From positions 14,198,001 to 14,262,000 of the forward strand of contig NC_043021.1 in NCBI RefSeq assembly GCF_006345805.1: a stretch of 64,000 nucleotides of DNA, given 5' to 3'. This stretch comes from Octopus sinensis. Lineage: Eukaryota. The position numbers were made by a program, and so were the translations under genes. A model generated the notes under the pieces. It did no database searches and was not told the origin of the DNA. It worked only from the letters and a program-made list of their open reading frames with translations. Of the stretch, positions 25,922 through 37,822 are shown in pieces (positions within the stretch are counted from its first letter, which is position 1; the number at the start of each line of letters is the position of its first letter).

Positions 25922-26174
25922 AATAACAAACAAGATTAGGATAAATATCCATCAAATGTAAATAATATACATAATTCCTAATCTCTTAAATATAGAACTG
26001 TATGATATATATAGATGCACACAAACACACATCTACGTATGCATATATATATACATACACATGCACACACGTGTATGTATATATACTTTATTTAAAAGCA
26101 GCAGAAATTCAACAAAACCTGTTACTCAGAGTTTCACATTCCTACCTTGTTTCACATTTATGTGTTTACTCCGG

Positions 26175-26214
<40 letters not shown>

Positions 26215-26274
26215 TATACATAAATACAAGTACATTCAGACATCCTCACATGTATACACACACACACGAGATAG

Positions 26275-26307
<33 letters not shown>

Positions 26308-27187
26308 AACATTATAATTACTTGAACATTATTGACATAAACCTTTTCCTTCTGCTCATAAATGTTTTCCCTCTTATACACATCATGATCATTTAATGTT
26401 CACTTTTCCATGCTTGCATGGGTCAGAAGGAATATATTTGAGGCAAATTTTCCACAGCTGGATGCTTTTCCTGTCACCAACCATCACCTGTTTCTAAGTT
26501 AGGTACTACTTCTCCACGGCCAGACATGTTCTTGCAGAATATTGGAAATGAACGACACCGCTTGTATGACAATGACACTCATTTACAACTATATATCTAT
26601 GTATATATATGAGTTTGTGTGTGAATGTATGTGTGTTTGTGTCTTGACATCCTGTGATAGTTGTAAATGAATGTTTTATATATACATACATATATATATA
26701 TACATACATATATATACATATATATATATAAAAGTAGAGGAAATTGAAAACGCAAATCCTAGGCTGTCAAACAGATTGCCAACTTTAATACCTTATGTCC
26801 GCTTGATCATAATTCGTCTAGGAGTTAAACAACAAAAGACTGCTACTTGTTTACGACCGTACGACAAACAAGCTCAACTTATTGAATGAAACCAAAGTTA
26901 CTTTTCAGCAGCTAGTTAAAAAAAAAATTTAATTCCTTGGAAATTTTACGTCGACGCTTCGCAGTAAACGCACAATTGGTAAAACTTACGATGTCATGGG
27001 TTATACATGCGAAGGGAGATAACTGTCATGGCATGTTTTCAAAGGGAAGTAACTCTATTTTCACGCAAACGTTTCAAATTTCAATCTGTTAGTCCTTTTT
27101 TTTAAAAAACTTATTTCAGTCATTGGACTGGGGCACTGCCATGAAAGGGTTATTACTTTTTTTTATTTCTCTTCCAAGGCAGATCAA

Positions 27188-27744
27188 ATGGTAACACAAG
27201 AATGAAAAGACGTGCAATCATTGTTGTCATGTGTGAAACAGCAATTTAGAAATGGCCAACTTTCTAGAAATCTTTTATTCAAAATATGAAAAGGAACATA
27301 ATTTACAAAAAGAAAACAAAAGAAAAATAGGGATAAAGAAGAAATGTTGCAAGATATGTTGTACAGAATCTTCGGACGAAACTTGAAACCTCTCACAGGA
27401 ATGTTTCAACTACACCAAGAAGAAAAAAGTATTCTAGACGTTCGGACACTATAAGGACACGGCACTTCAACCAACGGGTCCAAATCATTATCGATGGTGA
27501 TCCTGGAAAATCGGTGAGGAATGGATTATCAGAACTGTGGTGCATAAGGACATTCGATACAAGTTGGATTTATTGGGGAGGGGCAAATTCATGCCTGCAA
27601 ATTTGCAGGAGAACCATTCGACCCGTTCCAAGTGGTTCCTTAGTTAGACTAAAACTCTCGCGAACATTGCAGGCTTTGATTCTTCCTTGATTAGAAAAAG
27701 TTCCACCAAAACTAAAAGTGTAGCAAGAAAAGTGACGGACGGTT
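27188..27744 (+). mobile_element. Decayed maT/DD37D-type (Tc1/mariner superfamily) transposase, N-terminal to first catalytic Asp
   Basis: MKRRAIIVVM..RKKYSRRSDTIRT..IIDGDPGKSVR..IIRTVVHKDIRYK..GKFM..FFLD*KKFHQN*K..KSDGR; multiple stops and frameshifts. Confidence 0.8.
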
Positions 27745-27891
27745 CGCCGAGGTCGACTTTGCCTTTCATCCTTTCGGGGTCGATAAATAAAGTACCAGTT
27801 ACGCACTGGGGTCGATGTAATCGACTTAATCCCTTTGTCTGTCCTTGTTTGTCACCTCTGTGTTTAGCCCCTTGTGGGTAGTAAAGAAATA
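27745..27891 (+). mobile_element. 5'-truncated SINE inserted in the transposase fossil
   Basis: Nearly identical to the 3' part of 3236-3402. Confidence 0.88.
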
Positions 27892-27935
27892 TATTTGCAG
27901 AGCCTTTTGACATTCCCAGAGCGATGCATAATGTG

Positions 27936-27950
27936 CCGGAAGTGACGTCA
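27936..27950 (+). promoter_or_regulatory. Composite ETS-CRE element CCGGAAGTGACGTCA in a CpG-retaining promoter-like segment
   Basis: Exact overlapping CCGGAAGT and TGACGTCA. The surrounding 27890-28140 is unusually CpG-rich and ends in a donor AAG|GTGAGA at 28074/28075. Confidence 0.65.
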
Positions 27951-27959
27951 GATAAGAAG

Positions 27960-28074
27960 CGGAGTTTTCGAATAGCGAGAACTGATTGCATGGTCGGAAT
28001 CTTCGTGGAGTGTCTCAGAGTTTTTCAGTCGAAGTTTGAGTTGTTTCCTTCTTCGAGACAGTGCCCAGCTTAAG
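27960..28074 (+). other. Putative non-coding first exon (start approximate) containing a 27-codon ORF (27990-28073)
   Basis: Lies downstream of the ETS-CRE motif and ends at a consensus donor; the ATG ORF stops one base before the donor. Confidence 0.4.
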
Positions 28075-28238
28075 GTGAGAAACACTTTCTTTCCGTCTTT
28101 CATACTACGCACATTAAGTTTCCAGCAACTGTATTAGTTTTAGGGGTGGTCAATGACTCCTCACGTATACATACATATCTATATTTATATGAGTGTATGT
28201 CTGTATGCATGCCTGTGTGTGTAATGTTTATGCCTCTA

Positions 28239-28469
28239 GGTCGTGTCATACCTCCTCACATCTTTCGAAATGGTCTTAGAATTAATGCTACTGGTTATGT
28301 CGAAGCGCTGGAGACAGTTGTGAAACTCTGGGCTAGTGAAGTACGCAGTGGAACGTCGTAGGTATTTTAGCACGACTCAGTACCTTCTTTCAAAGCCCTC
28401 GCAACACTAGAATGGATGTCGGGCAATTTTTACGATTATGTACCGCCAAACTTGTGGCCTCCAAATTAG
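28239..28469 (+). mobile_element. Decayed maT/DD37D-type transposase, catalytic region
   Basis: GRVIPPHIFRNGLRINATGYVEALETVVKLW..VF*HDSVPSFKALATLEWMSGNF...NLWPPN*, matching the (QQ)DSAP and WPP.SPD motifs. Confidence 0.85.
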
Positions 28470-30167
28470 CTAGAGTACATACAAGCACAGACATGCTGAT
28501 GTACGCATAGGTACGTATATGCACGTGCACACACACATATATCTAGGCACAGATACACGCATATTTATGCAGGCATATACAGAAACATACAAACACGTGC
28601 ATGTATACACAAAAACTTGCATATACAGATATATGTACACACATGAATGAACATATACATCCACGAAGGTGAACGCAAACTCGTGGATTCTAAACATATA
28701 CAAGGAAATATAAAACCATATAGACACACAAATGTAAGCACTTACATACAAATGCAGACAAACCTTGGTAGGCACATACACTTATAGTTGTGTGCATATT
28801 CTTTACTTTCGCCCCCATGCTTATGGTATTGAATGTTAGGTTGTACAGAATAGTCTTTGGGTAAGCAGACTTGCGTGTTTGTATAAAATGTTGGTATGGC
28901 CAAGTGTTTAAGAAATTTGCTTTCCAATCACAGATCCTGTATTTGATTCCAGTCATGGCGTCTTTGCCTAAGAGTCTTTCAGTATAGTTTCATGTAAACC
29001 CAAGCCCTAAGTTGAGAACTTGGTTTGACCAGTGGTTCTCAAACGGGATCCATATGGCTCCTTTGGACAGTGCCATCTTAAAGCATGAGTAATTGCCCAG
29101 GGACCCAGTTCTGATCTCTGTGCTGTGGTTTGCTGTCACTATATACTGCAGGGCCCACGGCATTGATGAACTCAGGGACCTATAATGTTGTGAAGGTGAC
29201 TCTGCTTGGACGTCTGTATAAGATTTAATTGTTTATGAGAAATGAATTAATTATACGTAAAGTATACTAGCCATCTAGCAAAGGGGAGGAAAAAGAAGAA
29301 AAACGGGGCAGTGCCAGCGGTTAATACAGACTGCATGTTCCAAAGCCCCGTTGGTTGGAATTGTGCCACCGACAGTGGAAGTTGTGACCTCGACCCATGT
29401 GGAGGAGGAATTTTTGGTCTTCTTCCGCAGGGGAGAGGCGGTGGGGAAAGTTTACTAAAAAGTTTGCCAGAGGAGGAGACATAACCAGCATTAAAGATCC
29501 TGGATGACCTCAACAGGTAGCTGTGGAAGTCATCTCAGACACGGATCTTTTCAAGGTAATAAACTCCTTCCCAGAAGATGCATTCCGCTTCCGATTAAGG
29601 TGACCTGACCTGGCACTATCGGAGTGCTTAAGTGACACTTTGAGCCTGGTCCGGTGCCAGTGGGGCAGAAAATAGTAAAAATTAAGAGGCTGAGTGCCTC
29701 ATACTGAAAGGACATATGGCCCATAAGAGAAAATGTAAGAGGCCTAGTGTCTCATTTTTCAGGACATGGTATTATTTTTGATAAGAGGCTTAGTGCCTCA
29801 TTGTAAGGACCTTGTGTCCAATGGAACATTAATAAGACGTTTATTACCTCAAATTGTGTGTTTTGTAAAAGAACAATGTTTTCAAGAAGCAGCAGGCATC
29901 GTCTGCCTTCCCTCATTAATACCATTTTTTTCATCATTCATCTCATTGTTATTGTCCAGCACGCAGGTACTACTTCTTTGTAATACCTTGATGGCAAATT
30001 GAATGAAATAAAGTGCTTATGTGAGAAGATCTCTCAAGGCTTATAATGCAATATTTAGCATTCTAAGAAGACTTTAATATTGCTTTTGTTGCTAAAAATT
30101 AATTTTTACAGAGATGTACTTGAATAGCAAGTGACCTGATCTGAGATCGTGTGCTGGAACAAAAACA

Positions 30168-30428
30168 ATTGCAGTGTGGAAGGTGTTTATAAGCCATTTA
30201 AGAAACACACAGAAACCGTTAGATTCACTTCAACATTTAGATTTAATTTGTCGAAATATTTTCGTTGCTTTGAGACCGCGACCTATTCAGCACGGAATTC
30301 TGTTAGTGAACAGGTTGCAGTCTCAAAGCGCCGAAAATATTTAGGCAAATTAAACTTAAATGTTGAAGTGAATCTAACGGTTTTTGTGTGTTTCTTAAAT
30401 GGCTTATAAACACCTTCCACGCTGCAAT
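30168..30428. repeat. 261-bp foldback (about 120-bp arms, 17-nt loop)
   Basis: attgcagtgtggaaggtg...acctattca and tgaacaggt...caccttccacgctgcaat are reverse complements with scattered mismatches. Confidence 0.92.
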
Positions 30429-32011
30429 CAATTTTTAATATTACCTTAATTTCTTTTTTACTATTGTGGCCTTCTGAAGATGAGCCATGTCTCATGTGGC
30501 TGACATTTTGCAAAAGGTTGCCCTTGCCTGGGTTAAAGTATGATAAGGACTGGGGAATAAAAGGAGGTTCTTGCATGGTCACTCACATTTAGCAGGAGCT
30601 GCAAAGAAATAGGTAGTTGCAATGAGGTTCCCATGTGACCCCTTAAGGCACGAAGTGATTAGAAGTGGGTGGTTTGTTAGATTAAACGACTAATTGTTGC
30701 CGACAACTTATGAACTAGCATACAGTTTTAGATTTTAGCCTTTCGGGGGTAAGGCAGACATGCACAGTCAACTGTTACATTTAATAGGGGGTACACACAC
30801 AAATAGGGAGGAATGTTTTAGTAAGAAAATTGTTAACCCCTGCCCCTCAAAAAAAAAAAAAACCCAAACAAATCCTTCTCTGAAAGACACATTCAAAGCA
30901 TGAATGAAGATAAAGATAGCATGAAATGATGGTGATGATGAAGGTGGTGGTGATGATGGTGATGATGATGATATTAGAGATAATGACAAATTGACGAGAA
31001 ATATAAAAACACAAGACCGTGAAAGTCTGTACAAAATTGTTTTTATTATTTTAGTTGAGTTGTTTGTTGTTTTTATTTCTTTTTTCTCTTTTTTTTTCTG
31101 AAATTCTACGAAACTGTACAGTGTAGGTAGGTATTAGTCAGTCACACAATTATGAAGACAATATTTCCAGTCCCAAGGTGGCAAAGAGGGAGGGCGGGAG
31201 GGAGCGAGAAGGAGAAAGAAAGAGAAGGGAGCAGGAGGAACAATTCCTTAATGTTGATTTCCCTTCAGAAAGAAGGAATAAATCCATTTAAGAATTAAAA
31301 AAAAAAAAAATTAAAATCCAAAATAATATCTCACACACACACACACACCTCTCATGATTAAAGATGATAAAAAAATTTAACTTAATTTCACTAACAAAAT
31401 AAAATGGAAAAATTTGTATGCATGTGTGTGTATATATATATATATATAATATCTGTGTGTGTGTGTTATACTAGAATGTTGTTGACAGTGACTTCGTAGT
31501 TTTGGCCAGCTAAGCCCTCATCAGACGGCTGGTCAAAACTTCAACGTTATTGTCAACAACATTCTTGTTTTAAGAGTAATAAATTTGTACTCAACAAAAG
31601 TACAGATTAATGTAAAATTGTTTTTTTATGTTCAGTTATGATAAAAACTAACATTATATATATGTATATATATACACACAGCTAATCACATCAGTGCAAA
31701 ACAAGCTGAACAAAAATAGTACTCAAATATCTAAGGTAGAGTAATATGATTTAATAAAAGTATATATATGTATTCATGTCTGTATGTATATATATATATA
31801 TATATATATATAATCACACATATATATATATACATTAAGATTATACATGTGTGTGTGTCTGTTTGTCATATGCAGATAAGGTTACATATTCAGTTGTAAA
31901 TGGTTTGTGTAATCATGAAATAACAATCTTGTTTACCTTTGGTATGAGACATCATATATACACCACCCTCTACATACTGCTAATACCGGTGTTCACTGAA
32001 TATCACACACG

Positions 32012-32074
<63 letters not shown>

Positions 32075-32075
32075 T

Positions 32076-32204
<129 letters not shown>

Positions 32205-33706
32205 TACACACAAATGCAGAAGATAACATGTGGGGGTGAATGCTACAGTTTAGGTCTAAAGAACCTGGACATTTCCTGGTAGCATTAGTAATGCTTAGCA
32301 CTGCTGCAGGAGTGATTGCCGTCAGAAGGTGCCGGAACAATATTGGTGTTTCCAATCAACATCTGATGAAGAAAACATCCTACAGGGCAAGCTCGATGTT
32401 AGAACCTTTATCATCTCTGTGCTGACCAGGCTATCAGTTGTTATACGTCCGCTGGCCGGTCATCATATACTTCCTTTGCATTGATGCAGCTTTTGAATGA
32501 CCCCCCCTCCCCACTCTGCCAGCTAGGCTGGAAGGTAGGCCAGGTCAACATTCCGCTTGAATGAAACGCCAGTCTGTCACAGAGGGTCCCCATTTACTGT
32601 TGAGTGGGCTGGAGCAGTGTAGAATGAAGGGTCTTGTTCAAGAACACAGTGCACCACCAATCAGGGAATTGAAATCACAACTTTTGCTTATGAGCACAAT
32701 ACCTTAATTACAAGGCCACACACACACACACACACATGTACATACACACATGCTACATAAATTCCGAAGAATTTTCCAGCATGTAATTCAAACCGACACA
32801 TCACTTGTTCTGTATTTTGAAATTTCTAAACATTTCTCCTTCAGTCGGTCCTTATCATTTTAAGGTTTAACCCTTTAGCATTTAAGCCAGCCATATCCGG
32901 TCCAAATATTCTCTAGTCAATCAACCACATCAAAATATCAAAGCTTTAAGATAATGCTTTGTTAATTCAAATCGAAGTGAATAAATAAGCATTACTTCTG
33001 ATAATCTGGATGTTGAAGGATTAAACTTAATCATTAAGGAGCACATTTCGTATTTTATATATGTGTCTGTCTGTCATCTAACGAGACTAAACTTCTATAG
33101 TTGACACAATACCATCTTATCCAGTCTTCTAAGCAATTGTCTGAGATACCTTAGACGTCAGTTTGTTTAGGCATACTTTGCTATATGGATACGGATACTC
33201 ACTGGATCATAAACTATTATACACCGTACATTTAAGAATAAAATGGTTTAAACCAATTCCATTCATCATACGCTAATTATAGAGATAGGAATTAACAGGT
33301 AGAGAAGAAAATATATAAGAAATAAAAAAAAATGAAAACCGAGAGGGGTGAGTCCCTTGGGTGGAAATATGTCTGTGACAAAACAGAGGTGAATATAAAG
33401 TGGAAAAATGTCTTTATTAGAGGTTAGATGCAAAAACAAGAACAAAATAACAAAAAAAGTAACAAAAAAACCCCAACAACAATAGAATATAACACAAAAA
33501 CACTCCTTCCTCCCCACAGAAAACAAAAGATTGTCACTCACAGCTTGCTTTAGTTGTTTTAAACCCTAGTAAAAACCTGATTTTTTTTTCCTTAATTTTT
33601 TTCCCTTTCCTTTTTTAACCTCCATTTTATGAAAGATAAAATTATCATGTACATATATATATGTATATACATGTGTGTGTATTTATATATATGTATATAT
33701 ACATAT

Positions 33707-33741
<35 letters not shown>

Positions 33742-36700
33742 CGTGTGTGTGTGTGTGTATATATATATGAAACAACTTTTTCTCTTCTTCAATTTTTATA
33801 TTTGAAAAAATATAAATTAAACAACAACAGTAAGTCATTTGTGAGTGTTTAATTCGTTAGGGACCCAGAAATGTTCAACCCCCAAAAACATAAATGGTTT
33901 TTTTTTTTTTTGGTTTTTCTTCACAACTTTAAATGTTAATAATAATAATAATAACAACAATAACAAGAATCAACAAGAAACCCCCTAATTACAAAGTGAA
34001 AAGTACAAACTCATCGAGGGATTTAGGGGATTAATAAAATCCAGAAAACACAAGGTATTAAAAATAATAAAAAAAAGATCATGAAAGAATTAGCGGGCAA
34101 GTTGATTAAGAAATGAAATTTTAATGACTTTTCTTAATTAGGTGCCTACCAAGATGATAATTTGGTTGTTTTATACCATTGGCACAGGGAGGACCCCAAA
34201 ATTTTTGTAATAGTTGATTAAATCAACCCTGGTATATGACAGGTATTTTCTCAACTCCTGAAAGAATGAAAGGCAATGCCAACTGCAACAGGATTTAAAC
34301 TCAGTGTAAATAAAGAAGGGATGTGAGTAAATACCACAAGGCATTTTTGTCTGATGCTCTACCGACTACCAATAATAATAATTTTGAATTTTCCACAAGG
34401 GGGCACAGATGTTTAAAGAAGAGGGGCAGTCAATATACTTGAGTATATTGACTGCCCCAGCTTGGGAATTAAGTAAAGAAGGGATTTAACTAAACACCAC
34501 CAGGTATTTTGTCCAATGCTCAACCAATCGACTCCCCTGTCAATAACGATTTCAAATTTTGCCAACCCCAGTATTTCACTGGTACTTGTTTTATTAACCC
34601 CAAAAGGATGAAAGTCAGTCGTGCTAACGATTCTGCTAGCTCGCTGCCTTTACCCTGTCAGTAACGATAATTGTTTATAATAGAGGCACAAAGCCAAAAA
34701 CGTGAGGAGATGCATTATTAGTCAAATAAATGGACCCCAGTACTTGGCTGGTACAAAATGCTATTGGCTCCAGAAGTACAAATGGTAAAATAGTCGTTGG
34801 TGAGATTTGAAATTGGGGATTTTAAGAACCAGAACTGAACACTGCAAGGTATTTCGTCTGATACCCTAATGAGTCTCCCAAAACCATTGTCCTTAATAAT
34901 CTTTTCTACGACAGGGACAAGGACTCGGGGAGTGGGGGGTAGTAGACTGCATTGACCCTTGACCCAGTGTAATCAACAGGTACCTGTTTCACTGGCCCTG
35001 AAAGGATGAAAGGCAAAGTCGACCTCCGCAGAATTTAGACTCAGAACATACAACTGGAAGAAATACTTGCTATTTTGTCTGCTGTGCTAACCATTCTGCC
35101 AGCTCGCTGCCTTAACAATGATGATAATAATAATAATAATCCTTTCTACTATAGGCACAAGGCCTGAAATTTTGGGGCATGAGACCTAGTCGATTACATC
35201 AACCCCAGTACTTCAGTGGTACTTATTTTATCAACCCCGAAAGGATGAAAGGCAAAGTCGAACTTGGCAGAATTTGAACTCAGAATGTGAAGACAGATGA
35301 AAGCATTTTTCCCAGTGTGCTAATGATTCTGCAAAGCTCACCACCTCAGTAATAACTCTTTCTACTAATAAGGTGCCAGGGGTCGGGGGTTATTGATCAC
35401 ATTGGCCTCAGCACAGAACTGGTATTTTATTTTGCCACCCCTGGAGGGATGAAAGACAAAGTTGGATATAAAGAGCTGGAACAAATACCTCTGGGCATTT
35501 TATGTTTTTTTACAAGTGATTCTGTCAGTCCACCACCTTAGTATATAATAATAATAATATAATAATAATAATAATAACAATAATGATAATGATAATAATA
35601 ATAATAACAATGATAATAATAATAATAATAATAATGGTTTCAAATTTTGGCACAAAGCCAGCAAGTTCAGGGGAGGGTGTAAGTCGATTGCATCGACCCC
35701 AGTATGCAACTGGTACTTATTTCATCGATCCTGACAGGATGAAAGGCAAAGTCGACCTCGGCGGAATTTGAAATAATAAATTCTAATGGTTTCTTAGAAA
35801 GGTATGAAGTTGGACATTGTTTAAGAGTGAGAGGTGGTGGGGTGGTGGAAACGATTAAGTTGTGACAGTCATGCCTCCTTAGGGGGCATCTGCAACCTAA
35901 ATGAAGTAGATTAGTACAAAATAAGTGCTGAAGAATCTTGTGATGGTGGTAGGGATTTAGCTAACCTTTGCACTACAGTGCTTCTACAATAATAATAATA
36001 ACAGTAACAATAATAATAATAATAATAATGATAACAATAATAATGTCTCTACTGAGGCAAGAAGCCGTTAAGATATTTGGAGAAGAATATAAAGAGATTA
36101 TATACATTCATTGTAGAAAACTGTAAAAAAGTTTGTTCATTTATTTATTTATTTATTTATTTATATTTGTGTGTGTATGTGAGTGTGTGTATATATATAT
36201 TATTTATATCTCACGGTAGTCTTTAAATATCAAACGAGGTACCGTGAGATATGTTTACAGTGATAAGCTACCCAGCAATGTCCTTCCACCCCGCCTGTTT
36301 CTTTCACTTAATGTGATTTTTATATTTAGGTAACTTCACTTCCTTGTATTATTTGTATACGCAGCAGCTATATACATACATACATACATACACACACACA
36401 TATATATATATACATTAATCTCATTTCTCTCTATAGCTTTATGAAATGAATATATATATATATATATATATGTGCATATATATATATACATGTATGTGTG
36501 CATATATATATACATGTATGTATGCATATGTATATATACATACATGTTTGTATGTGTATATATATGTACATACATGCATATATATATTGTTGATGTCATG
36601 AGAATTTAGAAACTTCAAGAATGTGAAACAATCCTTTTTAGGAACGGTGAATCTCGAAGCAGATGAAGCTATAACAACAGCATGTGAATATTGGGTTAAA

Positions 36701-37657
36701 ATGCTGACTTCATTCTAATATTTACACTCTATTATGTATAGCTTTATTTGCTTCAAGTTTCACCATTCCTAAAAGGAATCACACACATATTTGGAGTAAA
36801 GAAGTGTGTTCCCATGCAAGAAAGAATAAAGGAGAATTTGTTTCGGGGTCCGAAAATGTACCTGAATCTCAAAACATGTAGTTGCTTAAAAATCTTGCAA
36901 CAGATTTGCCAAAACCTCAAACCGGCCTTGACAATCTCTTGCCGTGGGGAACGGAAAATCCTGCATTTCGGACAGAGTCCTTAATCAGAGAAAAGTTGAC
37001 AAGAATGAAATTAAAGGAAAACAGGAGAATTTTACATCCTCTAAGTTTGGTGTTTTGGTGAATCTGTTGCAAAATTTAGCAACAACTGCACGTTTTTAAA
37101 TTTGGGGTGCATTTTTGGACCCCAAAACAATTCTCATACATACATACATATATATAGAGAGAGAGAGAGAGAGAGTAGCAAAGTTCTTAAGATTGGCTTT
37201 GAAAAGGAAACAAAGCTTAAAATTTTTAAACTTATACACCTTTGCTGTCAATATTCTATTATTAATTAATATTCCATTATTAATTAATTCATTTTAGTTT
37301 TGTTGTTATACAGGGCTGCCCGTAGCCCTCTTAAATAGTCTTTACCTCTACCTAACTTAGAGAAAGCAAGTCCCAAAATTAATTCTTTTTGTTTTTTTCG
37401 CTTTTGTTTAATTAATAAGTTCCGTAACAGAATTTAGAAAATAAAATTATAATCCAAAAGATAATCTGATCTGCCGCCCATCCAGTGATATGTTGTCTTG
37501 GAGTCCCTTCACACAGCTTGATGAGGAAATTGCTATCTACCCTCCCTTATGCCCTGTGTAGAGGAGAAATGATAGGGTCACACAACTCAAAACCCCAGTG
37601 TATGTGTATATATTGGAAGTGTGCATATTAAGGGTATATATGTGTGTGTATATATAA

Positions 37658-37822
37658 AACATATTTTAACGTGTATAAGGAATCCTTCTTTTGTCAAAAA
37701 TTAGGTTAAAAAAATATGGGAGTTTCTTAAACATGAATAGTATTATGATCTTTCACAGAGCCTTTTTTCCATATTTTAAGCCCCCAAAATTAAGGGGTTC
37801 CTTATACACATTAAAATATGGT
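37658..37822. mobile_element. pogo/Tigger-like MITE
   Basis: ~26-bp TIRs acatattttaacgtgtataaggaatc / ggttccttatacacattaaaatatggt. Confidence 0.7.

Larger units (their letters stand above)
25527..26001 (+). mobile_element. tRNA-headed non-autonomous retroelement with a Penelope-like tail and an inverted 5' partial copy
   Basis: Arms ~25525-25719 and ~25782-25973 are reverse complements. tRNA-like head at 25729-25801 (A box tgacgtagtgg, B box gtttgattcc), then (AAT)n; no TTTT on the + strand from head to end. Possible TSD atgatatat at 25518-25526 and 26002-26010. Confidence 0.8.

Noticed and set aside
29247-29513. 88-aa minus ORF as a protein-coding gene
   Set aside because: No motif or splice support; the region reads better as a + strand non-coding exon or decayed repeat.
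30643-30658. miR-124-like sequence (ttaaggcacg..gtga)
   Set aside because: Only the 5' part matches and there is no complementary arm to form a precursor.
32363-32405. CUGAUGA followed by a small stem as a hammerhead
   Set aside because: No GAAA after the stem and no stem I.
32240-32425. 61-aa ORF with a hydrophobic stretch as a small membrane protein
   Set aside because: No recognisable homology, no convincing splice or promoter context, and it sits beside microsatellite and SINE sequence.
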